Shown piece by piece: positions 1-11,282 of a stretch of DNA of 20,000 nucleotides. The notes under the pieces were generated by a model. The model had not been told where the DNA came from. It made no database searches and saw only the letters and a list, made by a program, of their open reading frames with translations. The stretch's first letter is position 1. Each line of letters begins with the position of its first letter. The position numbers and the translations under genes were made by a program. The DNA is taken from NCBI GenBank assembly GCA_049999805.1, contig JBNGIO010005933.1, positions 53,365 to 73,364 on the forward strand, read 5' to 3'. This DNA is from Folioceros fuciformis (taxonomy: Eukaryota).

Positions 1-2106
1 ATTATTTGACGGTCAACCGTTGCCTGCTTCAGAGGCCAAGTCTAGATATTGAGGTTTCTTCCTGAATTTTCCTGAAGAATGTGTTTGTTGAACATGTATT
101 GTTGTTGTCCTGAACAACATGAATTGCATGGTGTTGCAGCGCATCCCCTTGTTTCACACAATGCTCAGCAGTGGCGAAGCACAATACCGCAGTGACCGTG
201 CTTGGATTTTACGGCTGCTAGCAGCTGGTTTAGTTTCTTCTCTGGATGCACAGATCTATCGCCGCAAATTCGTTCTGGAAATCTTAATGAGTCTCTACTC
301 CTCACCATTGTCAGACCTCTTCACTAGCAAATGGGTGTTGGAGGTAAGAAAATAGCATTGTTTGCTTGGTGTTGCAAATTAATGTCTGAATCCTTTTTTG
401 TGTGTCGCCCTTACAGTCACATTGTGCAGGTCCTCCGAAAAGCATCAAGAATACCATCAAGTGCTCGTCACCTTGTGGAACATTTGGGTATACTTTCGTG
501 GCTCACTTCTGCTGCAATCAGTAGTAGTGACCTATGCCTCGGGGGGCAGGAGCAACAATTTCATGACGTCCCTACCACATGTTTAGAGGTGAATGTCTAC
601 TTGAGGTGACGAGTCTTGGACTCTTACTGAAGCTGGACCTGACCTTCTGACCTATACATGAATTTACAGGTGTTGGAAAATGTGTTACGCTGGAAAAGGG
701 TGAGAGACTTTGGAGCATCGGAAGGGTTTGATGAGCTGTTGAAGGTTGCTTTGCAATTACACGGGCATATAGCAAACACACTGGAGAATCCGCAGCAAAT
801 CGGGGTTTTCAAACAACCTACGATCCGGATATTGGCACTCGTCATCAACTTGAGCCAACGAAGAAAAAAGCATCAGACCGGGGTTAGCGTTTCCCTGAAG
901 TTTCTAGCAGAGATCATACACTGGGTGGAAAAAGATGATCTAGATGGCAGTGAATCTAGAGAAGAAACCCGGATGCAGGCACTCTTGTTGCTCCTACATA
1001 GCCGACCTCCCCCAACTTTAGGCAATGAGGTTGTGTCCTGTTTGTTTCGTTATGTAGCTACAGTACTCAGTTGTCTGATCGATGGATGCTTAACCTGTCT
1101 GCTTAATTCTGAGCGTGTGATTGCAGGAGATGGTAATGCTTCTGGAGGTGGCGAGGTGGGCAGTTAGAATTGCTTTAAGACGATCGCCCAGCAATAAAGG
1201 TTCCCCTCTATCCAAGGATGAGTGGGATAAAGAAAGCATTCCACACAAGCTCTTGCGGTGGGTCTCAGCATCACTGGTGCTCGGTCTGCATACCAGGAGC
1301 GCCTTTCCAGCTGGAACATATAACAGTTTCTGGTGTCTCTGCTCCAACTACAGCTGCAACGTTTCATCCGCAGCAACGTGCTCCGAGCTGACAGGTTTGC
1401 TGGTAATGCTGCATGGCCACATAGTAGCAGAATCGTCCACTGTATCAGCAGAGTTTGTTGTAGATGCCTTGGTAATTCTATTATGTAGCCAAGGTATCCT
1501 TCAATCAGCTTCAAGAATAAGAGGTGAGGCAGCACCTCCGGTAACTTTTGTGTTGTACTTATCTGTCGATCATGAGGACGGACTGACTTCTCATTCGACT
1601 CTATGACCAGGTCCTTCTTGGCAGTCTCAAGCCATTCAGCAAACCCTGGAACTGATACTGAAAGACCTTCCCTGTCCAGCGGAAGTGGCTCCTTCCTGGC
1701 ACTGGTAATTGAAACTTTTAGTTGCTTGCAGTCATAATGTTGTCATGTGTTGAACCAACGTGACTTTCACCTCTGTCTCTACAGGTCCTTTTTCAGGCAG
1801 CAGAGCTTAGAACCTGAAAGTGAGACGGAGGCGTATGATGTGGATATTCAATCAATGTACTTTTTCAAATTGCGGAATATCTTATCAGTCATATGTCAAC
1901 AGCTACTGGCGGGCGGATCCATGGAATTCAAGGGCTGCGTGGTGCAGAGGTGGAAGAAAGGTTTGGAAGCCAACCATCCGACCACCTTCAGTAGATGCGA
2001 GCTCCAGCAACGAGTGAATGCTTTCCGATCTAAGCTGATGGCTGCACTAGCTGCTGCTACGGGAGAGAAGCTGTCGGTGAACAGCCGGAGTCGATGTATA
2101 ACATAG
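1..2106 (+). CDS. URB1: Nucleolar pre-ribosomal-associated protein 1 (URB1/NPA1), C-terminal part; 5' end lies outside the window
   Basis: Phase-consistent GT-AG exons: <1-53, 140-343, 430-588, 670-1029, 1127-1523, 1611-1704, 1785-2106. Translation includes YLTVNRCLLQRPSLDIE|RIPLFHTMLSSGEAQYRSDRAWILRLLAAGL..DAQIYRRKFVLEILMSLYSSPLSD (NopRA1 C-terminal domain pattern) and CPAEVAPSWHWSF, a typical plant URB1 tail motif. The exon 5 donor (1523 vs 1493) and the exact 3' end are less certain. Confidence 0.85.
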
Positions 2107-2659
2107 CAAAGGGTACGTAGATATCCACGAGGAAGGTGAGAAATGCGCATCGTCAATGAGCCTTTCTCAACAGTGGCTTGGTACGCTCCTTTTATGCCCA
2201 GGTTCTCTTCCATTATGGATTGCGACCACTCGCATGGCCCGAATCAGGGTAGGCGAGATACGTACCGTCCATTCCCTATTCAATGGCCAGAGAATGGAAA
2301 TGGACGAGTCCAAACATGGTGCTTTCTTGAAAACTGATACTACTTGAATGTTTCTCACCTTGGGCAGCTATGCAACCAGTGTGGGCGTCCAAATGGCTTA
2401 GGGCAGATGAGCACACGTGCATTGAGAAAATCTCGAACTTAGGCGCTGAACAGAATAACAGGAACCCTTCGACCTCAGTAGACTTCCGACTGAATGTGTG
2501 TATTAATTTACGTACCGTACTACCGGAACCTGAGGAGACTGATGAAATTTTATTGTCGTTCATCTGAGTGCAGCTTGGGCAGCTAGTGGGGCACCGGGGG
2601 GAAGATTGCCATCGGATCCGGACTCCGTTGACAGTTTCTGAAAACCTGTTTATATGACC

Positions 2660-5600
2660 TCAAAACCCTGCTTCATATGACCTCTTACAGTTCAGCGACA
2701 CCGTCACCAGCAGAGCGTATACTGCCACGATGGTGACACTGAAAATTCCCAGGTTTTCCAACATTGGACCCTCGATGTTCAACTCTTCACATGCCACTAG
2801 GATGGACACCACCGCGCCATGACTGGGGACGGAGGCAGATAAGTACCTCCGAATTACATTGTGCTCGCCTGTCCACCCATCTTTAACCTCGCACTGCCAT
2901 TCCGACTGCCTTGCAGTAGGAGTGGGCTTGCTCTGATTAGCAGGCGGCCCAGCACTCTGAAAATGCTGAATGGTGTCCTTGAGTGCGAGGGTGATGACAT
3001 TTTTGTAAGGTCCGAGGTTGAAGAAAGCCACGATAATTTCACCTGCGCATACCAGCCGCTGTCAGGTCACATTTTACAGAAATTGAAAAGACTATTAACT
3101 ATGTTCAATCTTGCGCGATGATCCACCTTGTGATCCACGAGCAACCCACACACGATANNNNNNNNNNNNNNNNNNNNNNNNNNNNNNNNNNNNNNNNNNN
3201 NNNNNNNNNNNNNNNNNNNNNNNNNNNNNNNNNNNNNNNNNNNNNNNNNNNNNNNNNGAGGTGGTTAGGAAGGTAGTTGTGTACCTGGCTTGCCTTGCCC
3301 ACACACTTAGTCAGTGGTCCATGTGAGAAGTGTGCTGTCGAGCCATGCTCGGTAATGGCTGCAGCATCTAGGCACACATCTGGGGTTCCTGATGTCCAGA
3401 TGTCACCAACCTCCAGGATGTGGCTGGTGGTACTGCACAACCCACCTTTAAGTGCATCTGACTTGAAAAGTTAGGAGCAAATAATCTGTCGGTCTCTGAA
3501 GTACAAGTCTTACTCATCTGATAGTTGGCCAGGAGTTGCTGCTGGTGGATTCGCCACTGACGGCCTCCAGTTTAAACAGCCTACAGGTGTCTTCTCTGAT
3601 GGAGGACTGTTCCAACAGACCCGGTCCTCTTCTATCGCAAGATTACTTCTACGTCTGACCCAGCTTGTTTCTCCAGTCAGATGACAGGCTGCCAACTGCC
3701 AGCTTGTCCTTCCTGGAGTAGAGCTGAAAAGCTGCAGAGCCCCCGGCACCACATTGTTGCGTCCGAGCTTCACTGTTTGCTCATCACATAAGAGAAAGTT
3801 TCAGGGGCCTCACCTCACGGTTCTCAGCGCTGTTTGCATTGATTTCCAACATTACAGGATTTGTGAGTATCTCAAATGTCCACTGATCGAGGGAAAGCAT
3901 GTCACCCCCAAACATGAGAGGGGATCTTGCTATTGCCCACAGGGTCATCTGTAACCACCAAGCAAAACGGGCATCTGGGGCCATCAGCATAGCTGGTGGC
4001 CTACTGTTATAGCAAGAATTTATTTGAATACCTGAGTTATTTGTTCGTCCCTGGTGAGACCACTAGATCTGTGTGGGCCTGCATCCGCCCCTATCAGCAA
4101 GCAGATCAACTAGTCAAGAACATGGGCCTTCAATGTCACACGACAAGCAATAAACAATATCTTTAGGCCTTCTTTACCAGGATCAGTAAGCTGGCCCAAT
4201 GGCAGCATGTCAAGATCAGGCCAAGACTTTCCACCATGCAGACCAGATGCTCCTATTAATCCAGCTGCTGCATAGTCTCTGTAACAAGTCCTCCCTTCAA
4301 TAAGAAATAGATAACACACGTCCCAGCCATCACCGCGAGCAACAGCAACACAAAAACAGGCAAATTAATACTATGTAAGCACCTGGCCACATTAAAATGT
4401 GATTCCAAATGGGGCCAGATGTCCCAGTCATCACTAGTGACGCGGTACATATTGGTGATATTGAAGATGGTCCATGCCAGGTCTGCAGATGCTCTGGATC
4501 CTGGTGACAAGGAGTACACCATAGGTCGGCCTGTCTCAACAATGGCCTACAGGAATCCGGAGGCGTTAACAAATAAGCTGCTAAGAAGCTTGCCAAGAAA
4601 GCCTTGCAGTCGCAAAATGGTGGAAAAGGGATTCTGCAGTTTATCTGAGAGTGGTAAAACTACCAAACTAGAAGTAACAACTGCTGACCTGCGATACAGC
4701 AGCGATTTCATCAAAACGATAGTCATCTCCAAAAATGCAGTCGTGCTTTACTGCATATCCTCGCACAAAACAGTGCATGAAATCAAGATAATGAAGGAAA
4801 GCAGGCAAGAGAGTAGCTGGCAAGAGCAGGCAGAACCAGTGGTGAACTGACCAGTGTCAACGCTCATGCTATTCACAAAGCTTACTAAAGCATATGGGGA
4901 GCGAGGCCGTACTGAAATCAACTCCCCAGCTGGCGTACTGTTGGTACAGAGAGTTAATAAACGCTAAGCCACCTTCGGTACTGACATTCACGCCCAGAAA
5001 GCATCCTTGCATCCACCCACAGTCTGTCCCGTTGACAAAAATGTCTGCAGCAGTCCACTTTCGTCCTTCTGAGCCTCCTGAACGTTCCTGTATCCACAGG
5101 ACCAGCACTGCTCGACATTGAAGGTGTCCCAAGGAACTATTGATGCTATTCTGGGAAGCTCGACCTACAAGAGAAAGTCAGGAAAGGACCTTATCTTGCA
5201 GAATGGGGCTACGAGCTGCAATAGCAGCCGAGCTTATTCCACGCATGACGTGTATCCCAAACTTGAGGCCCATGGCGTGCACCTTCTCTGCAACTGGCGC
5301 GAACCCTTTACCATCTTTACTAGATGGCCAACGCCCTGGATCTGGTATGGGTCTTCCCCACTCATCGATGACATCAAAGCCAGGGGACCACACAGAGGCA
5401 CCTGGGACATGCCGTCTATACCACAGAAAGTCCACCACCACGTACTGTAACACGTTACAGGGAGGGGATTTTCAGACGCATTTGATCAAGCAACGGCCCA
5501 GGACCGCTCCAGCACCTTTCAATTGGAAAAGCTTATTACAAGGTGACTACTTCGTAGAAAACATCAGAATGAGGCTAGTTGCCAACCTCGTAGCCAAACG

Positions 5601-5975
5601 GGAGAAGACGTTCGGCGACTTTCTGTGCATTGTTCAGAAACTCCTCTTCGGAAACAATCCATGAATATGAGTCGTAAGAATTCCAGCCTCGGGGAGGAGA
5701 TAGAGACACCCCTGCAGGATTTGTGGTGCTTGCTGCAGACTTGATCCTGAAGCCACGATTAAACATTAGCCAAGGATCCGAATAGCAATAGCACGTCACT
5801 CAAGAACAGCTGGCAGTTTCGTTCAAAGACGACTCGACCTCTGGAATAGGAACCAGACCAACACAAGAAAATCCAAAGATCACCAGCGGATTGTTCACCT
5901 GATCACCGTTAAGATCAAGAAAGCCTGCACAGGAAACCGAACCCATAGCCAACACCAGCCGCTCAAACTCGACAT
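2660..5975 (-). CDS. Glycoside hydrolase family 27 (melibiase family), At3g26380/APSE-like beta-L-arabinopyranosidase / alpha-galactosidase
   Basis: Exons on minus strand: 5975-5899, 5746-5587, 5444-5190, 5087-4913, 4750-4689, 4546-4383, 4278-4178, 4090-4032, 3948-3814, 3731-3514, 3432-3285, [gap]-3127, 3042-2660. All visible junctions are GT-AG and phase-matched. N-terminal hydrophobic leader MSSLSGWCWLWVRFPVQAFLILTVI. GH27 motifs: PPRGWNSYDSY, YVVVDFLWY, GLKFGIHVMRG, WGVDFIKHDC (nucleophile Asp), YRVTSDDWD (acid/base Asp), SWPDLDMLPLG, QMTLWAIARSPLMFGGD, VAFFNL. Confidence 0.93.
3158..3257. other. Assembly gap (100 N) inside the GH27 gene, probably hiding at least part of an exon
   Basis: Run of 100 N. 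Coding sequence YRVWVARGSQG resumes immediately after the gap on the minus strand without a visible splice acceptor. Confidence 0.95.
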
Positions 5976-7220
5976 TGTCAAAAATAAACATCTACTCCTC
6001 CTGCGACACCAACGGAGTACACTTGCCCAAGCTATCCGACAGTTTGTGAATCACAACAAATCCACTTCCATCGTACGGTGCAGCTTCTCAGCAGCGATTC
6101 CTGACGGACCTTGACATCTTGGACGGCTTCAGCCTGAAAGCACTGACAGGACCCTTCTTTGTGGAGGCCACATCGGCATGCAGTGGAGAGAGGATATCTC
6201 TTCCTACATCATGACGCAGTGGCCCGTGCTGAGTTCGCAAAGCGAGGATACATATAACCATAAACGCTTCCCGGTGTGAATGAGCGTGATTAAAGGTCCT
6301 GATATGAGCAAGCGTTCTCCGATCAGAGCAACACCTCGCTTGCGCTTCTGAAGGAGAGGACCCGATTGTAAGCGGGGACAATCGAAGATGCAAAAATCTC
6401 AGTGTTGAGGCGGGAAAGAAAATCAAAACTACAAGATCAGCGATCACTTCGGGATTAGAGCAGTGAGCTTGTTCTTTCGCATGTTGGATTGGATGTGAAA
6501 GCCACATCTGTCTGCCAAATGGATTTTGCGTGGGAGGGATAGCAAAGTTGAGGCCGCTGCCTCCTTCCAATCCTCCCAACAGTGTGCCAATATTCTGTAC
6601 AGTATTTTGATCCAAGGGTTTGAGAAGGCGTGAATCCTGGAGGCCGATCCTGGAGGGTAGCACCATATATGATACGATGTTCGTCAACAGCAACTAGGAA
6701 GCCCGGTCCTTGAAATGCTGGACTAAACGGCACGATGGTTTATTGCACTACGGTCTTAAGAGATCGAGCAGGACAGGCAACGGAGCCACAATGTCGGTTG
6801 CTTCGCACAATGTCATGGGAAGAGGAAAGGTTCTTCCTAAAAAGTTCACGATCTGTTTAGACGGTGTGGATCGTGTGGTTTCCGGCCATGCCAGAAGGTA
6901 TGTACGTCCGAATCAGATTGTGGAGGCAGTGAGATTCGCGTGAGCATCTCCAGCGGCAGAATGCATCTGCCAGTCAAACAAGGGTTCTCTGATCTCCACG
7001 GGCACACTGTGAAGGGGAAAGCCCAGAGAGGCACGGCCAGGGTGCTGGTTGGGCGGCGGCAAACCTCGTCACTGTGCCAAGCTTTGGCTCGAGAGTAAAC
7101 TTCGCACGAGGGCCGTTAAAAAGGGACTAGTTCAGCTGAGGTTTGTTTCGGTTGCAGAGAATCTCGCATCTCATGCGTCCAACACTCCTCAGCAGCTCAG
7201 ATCTGGGAGGATTGACGGGG

Positions 7221-8205
7221 ATGTCGGCTCACAGGGATGGAGACCCTCGGGTGCCTAATATCGGGGCTGCTATTCGCGCTATCCCTGACTTCCCGAAGCC
7301 TGGTATGCTCTGCCCCGTGGGCGTCGCATTGCACTGCACTGCACTGCATGAGACACCCTGTATGATGAGCTGTGTGTGTGTGTGTTTGTGGCCTCCCAGG
7401 TATCAACTTTCGGGACATCACCACTCTGCTCCTCGATCACAAGGCCTTTCAGGACACCATTGATCTTTTTGTGGAGCGCTACAAGGACCAGAAGATTGAC
7501 GTGGTTGCCGGTACGATGTCAGGGCCCCTTCCCGCTTGATCGTGATTGCTGTGTGCACGTATCTCAGATTTGATGTGTTTGGTGTTGCAGGTGTGGAGGC
7601 CCGGGGTTTCATCTTCGGGCCTCCTGTTGCGCTCGCCATCGGCGCCAAATTTGTGCCGCTGAGGAAGCCTAAAAAGTTACCAGGTAGTTTGGATTGAAGA
7701 TGCGCTGCGGAGTACGAATATTATTGAGGACAGGGGTAGGTGGACTAACTTCCAAGCCACGTTTGATGGGCAGGGGAAGTCATTGGAGAGGACTATGTCT
7801 TGGAGTACGGTACGGACAGGATAGAAATGCATGTGGGTGCAGTTCAGCCGGGTGAACGGGCTGTCATCATGGATGACCTGATTGCAACGGGGGGAACCCT
7901 TGGAGCCTCCATCAAGCTTCTCAGTCAGTAGCTTGGCTACTTGTGCATGGCAGCAAATCTTTTCTAAGTTCCCCCCTCCTGACAAGTAGCCTGGCTGGTG
8001 CACAGGGAGAGCAGGGGCTGAAGTGGTGGAGTGCGCTTGTGTCGTGGAGCTGAACGATTTGAAGGTAGTGGAAGGACAGTCCTCCAGTCTTCCAACTAGG
8101 TTTTAGGCTGCCGAATCTGAGATCATGCTGCTTCTTTTCTTGCAGGGTCGTGAGAGACTCGGGGATGTGCCTCTGTTCATCCTGGTTGAGTACGAAGGTG
8201 AATAG
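7221..8205 (+). CDS. APT: Adenine phosphoribosyltransferase, 184 aa, 6 exons
   Basis: Exons 7221-7302, 7400-7510, 7591-7683, 7774-7923, 8006-8064, 8146-8205 (555 nt, GT-AG, phase-matched). Motifs: [46 protein letters not shown], and the PRPP-binding loop [14 protein letters not shown]. Confidence 0.97.
7329..7385. repeat. Short microsatellites (TGCAC)n and (TG)n in APT intron 1
   Basis: ttgcactgcactgcactgca at ~7329-7348 and tgtgtgtgtgtgtgt at ~7371-7385. Confidence 0.8.
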
Positions 8206-8402
8206 AGGGCAAAACGGAGATGGCCATGGGGGCACAATCGAGTATTTCGAAACAGCAGCTTAGCACCGCCTCCTCTTCTCTCCTCGGTTCTTCTTCCGTA
8301 GTGTGCGATCATCCAACAGCCCAATGGAATCCACACGTGTTGCCAACATTGTACCACGAACATTTTTTCAGCATGAGCAAGGAAGCTCTGCCCAATTGAA
8401 AC

Positions 8403-8506
8403 AGTGTCATCCGGTTCGTCACTTCCGAAGACGAATCAACTGGGCATGTNNNNNNNNNNAGTGTCATCCGGTTCGTCACTTCCGAAGACGAATCAACTGG
8501 GCATGT
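8403..8506. repeat. Identical 47-bp direct repeat flanking a 10-N gap; probable scaffolding artefact
   Basis: agtgtcatccggttcgtcacttccgaagacgaatcaactgggcatgt at 8403-8449 and 8460-8506, separated only by N 8450-8459. Confidence 0.85.
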
Positions 8507-8697
8507 TTCCTCTACACGCCTCGCTTGTGCCTTCGCGGCATCTACCGGAGACGAAACAAAGCAGTATAAAGCTCCAAGAAGGTAGTAAACCACGCGTCGG
8601 GTTGTTCGCTCCGCGGCATGGAATGACGGACCATACCTAAGACAGTTCCCCAGGCGTGTGATTTGCATCTGTGTCTAGCGCCAAACTGCTAGAGGGG

Positions 8698-8928
8698 ATG
8701 GAGCCCGGTATGAAGAGGCTGATATTCCTGTATCGGCTAAGTCTAGGGGCAGCAGCAACGCTGGTGCTGGGTGTAACGACTTACGACATCCACCGCTCCA
8801 TACAAAACAACCGGAAACCTCCCACCAAAGAACAGTTGGCTGCGCTCTCTGCTCGAATCGAGGAATCCCGACAGTCCTCCACGTTGCCACCGGGCCAGGA
8901 AAACGGCGATGAGTCTGTGCAGCACTGA
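8698..8928 (+). CDS. Small single-pass membrane protein of unknown function (76 aa)
   Basis: gggATGg start; MEPGMKRLIFLYRLSLGAAATLVLGVTTYDIHRSIQNNRKPPTKEQLAAL. A hydrophobic segment is followed by a YDIHRSI..N..PPT.EQ motif that I recall from small uncharacterised plant proteins (not verified). Confidence 0.65.
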   Translation: MEPGMKRLIFLYRLSLGAAATLVLGVTTYDIHRSIQNNRKPPTKEQLAALSARIEESRQSSTLPPGQENGDESVQH

Positions 8929-9859
8929 AGGATGTGGGTTTTGGTGCAGCGTGGTTGAGCTGATCACGTGTTGCAGCGCCGCCCCCAGGAACCTGGTTGC
9001 AGCGATTTGACTCCATTGGTGTGGCTACTGTCGTTTCCGAGCAACTGTAATCCCTGGATTGCCCATCTCCTTTTCTGCCTTTTGCCTCTCTCAGCGAGTT
9101 AGCAGCAGAGCTGTGGGTGCTTACTGCTGCTTTTTTTGATGCAGGTGACCATCCATTCTGTCAAGACCAACGAATGGCACTGGAGGGAGAGCTTTCCTGT
9201 GGGTCTCGTTCAACGTACACTCTCTGCACCATAGGGAACGACTGGGGAGCAATGTAACCTGCATCCATGAGGATGACTGCTGATGTACACTGATGATACA
9301 TTTTTATCACCAATAGAACGAGAGGAAGGTAATGGTAGGGTGACCCTTCCGTTTTCTCGGGGTGTCATACTTCCAAGGGTTCGCAAAGTGGAGGAACAGG
9401 AGCACGGGCTTGAGGCTGTGAAGAAACTTGACAGCGGAAACTAGGGTACTCTGAAGAGTGACGTCCTCGACAGTATGTACCGGATGTCACTTCGAAGGAT
9501 GCCTCCTATGTCATTTCGACACAGCAGGGTATCGTTTCTACTTCAACTCCAAGCTCCTGCATTCGCATGTTGTTGAAGATGGTTTAGAGTCCGATATTTT
9601 TTGGCAAGTACTGTCATCAAAGCGGTGGTGAAGTGTAGGGAGTGTTGAAGCTGCCTCGGTTTGTTTCAGGGTTGACCAAACCGGACAGTTTTCTCTCGGC
9701 CTTGAGTCATAACAGGATCTAGGCAGGATCTGTTAGAAAGCTCTGAGAATGTCTGTGCAGTCGAGCATGTACACTAGGACATATAGGGCTTGGAGATTTT
9801 GTGAGCGAGAGGGGGGATTGGTAGGGGCGATTGATCAGTTGTTTCGCTAGGTAGCTCTC

Positions 9860-10750
9860 TCATTAAAGATTGAATTGCACAACAAAAGATTTTCATGGCA
9901 GTATATGCGTTACAACACAGGGTTGAGCAGGTTGTTGCAAGTATATGAAGAAATGAGGCACAAGGAATCAGTTTCACTTGTTCGACCCTTCTTTCGGTGC
10001 TTAAAGGCTGTGACTCTATAGCTGACTTGGAAGGAGGCATTAACCGACGACAATCCATGAAAGAAGCCTCCCTGTGGCAGTCCAAAATGGTTCGCTCTCA
10101 TATGCACCATGGGAGCCTCGTGAATACGTACCACGTTTTTTTTGCAGTATCTCATAGCGGCCTCTGGTGGTGTGGAATGCAATGTGCTCCGTTGGGCTTC
10201 AATGAGAAAGTGCTGGAGCTCTATGCAGATATGCCTTCATATGGTGAGGCACCTGATGACTGGACGTTCGCCAGCTTTTCCATTGCATGCAGTAGCTTTG
10301 CAAATACAGCGAATGGCACACTCGTGGACGGGACAAACAATCAAATTCCAGTGTTGACAGAGGTGGAAGGATATGCACTGTGGAATCTTTCAATAAGGAT
10401 CACATTGCTGGCCCGGTTGTTGGCATCTCTCTTCTCAACATGGATGCAAGCTGCTGAAGCTTGCTGGACGTCCGTCTTCTATTTGAGTCGTTGTTGAACG
10501 TGGTTTCGTGCACTACAATGCTGGCCGGTCATGCCCGGTAGCCGCAAATTGAGGCGGATGATTGTGGAATGGATTGGTGGATGTGCTCAGCAGGATGAAG
10601 TTTGAACTCAGCATTCGGTCGCGCCGAAGTGTGCAGCAATATTCACCGTGAGATGGTGGAAAATGGACGTCTACAGCCCTGTCTTTGCAACAGGTCGTCC
10701 ATGCTTCTGGCAAAGATGGGAGCATGAAGCATGCCAGCAGGTACTTTTTT
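9860..10750 (+). pseudogene. Degenerate PLS-class PPR pseudogene, paralogous to the gene at 12721-14578
   Basis: Colinear PPR remnants across shifting frames: LLQVYEEM / TLLSVLKGCDSIADLEGG; GSLVNTYHVF / VVWNAM; KVLELYADMPSYGEAPDDWTFASFSIACSSFANTANGTLVDG (intact copy: GLHLYADMLEQGLDPDNWTFSAALRSCGSLAAMEHPALVDG); VVGISLLNMDASC*SL; NVVSCTTMLAGHAR*; IHREMVENG; VVHASGKDGSMKHASRYF. Multiple frameshifts and stops. Boundaries approximate. Confidence 0.8.
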
Positions 10751-10928
10751 GGCATTTTTCTTCGACGAAATCAGCACAGGGCTTGACAGTGCTGCTACAT
10801 ATGATATCGTTTCTGCGATCCGGATGTTGGCAAGGTTACAACAGGTTACTTGCCTTCTTTCACTCCTTCAACCATCACCGGAAGTGTTTGGCCTCATTGA
10901 CAGGTCATTCAACTATCCCGAATTGTAA
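10740..10928 (+). pseudogene. Isolated fragment of a full-size ABCG/PDR transporter NBD1 (Walker B, D-loop and following helices)
   Basis: FFFDEISTGLDSAATYDIVSAIRMLARLQQVTCLLSLLQPSPEVFGLID matches the PDR hallmark DEISTGLDS...SLLQP.PE...FD. No Walker A, signature motif or TM domains are seen nearby. Confidence 0.8.
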
Positions 10929-11282
10929 AACATGGTTTGTCGTTGTGCTTTCACAGGCTCATGAGCTTCAAACCGGGCTCACTGCTGTTTGTTGTCAGTC
11001 GCTAGCCCTAAAGCTCGTCGTCCACCGTGAGCCTGCAGTGCTCGATCGACATTGTAGTCAGTAGGAATGGATTCAGATCGAGGCTCTTTTATCACGATCC
11101 TTTGATCTGGAATCCTCTGGAGTACCTGGAATCCATGCCATGAGATTACGCTGCCACTGCAGGGATCGATCCGCACATCAGCTTCTAATAAACTTCAACG
11201 ACGAGAAATTGATATAATACAATGCATCGTCCCTTGCCGCCTAAAATCCCACCCTGAACCCTCCCACCACTAGGTTTCTACA

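Noticed and set aside
2538..2645. CTGATGA followed by CTGA motifs: possible C/D snoRNA or hammerhead ribozyme core
   Set aside because: The C box lacks the leading purine, I see no terminal stem or recognisable rRNA guide, and no stem II plus GAAA follows CTGATGA.
6088..7034. 201-aa and shorter ORFs between the divergent GH27 and APT genes
   Set aside because: Non-ATG starts, no recognisable motif and no consistent exon chain. Treated as promoter/UTR sequence, though a hidden gene cannot be excluded without RNA-seq.
8403..8506. 47-bp direct repeat read as CRISPR-like or as a target-site duplication
   Set aside because: Only two identical copies, exactly flanking a 10-N gap, which is the typical signature of unmerged contig overlap.
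9100..9450. Several good-looking splice sites downstream of the 76-aa gene
   Set aside because: I could not build a sustained, recognisable ORF from them. They may be 3' UTR introns or chance matches.
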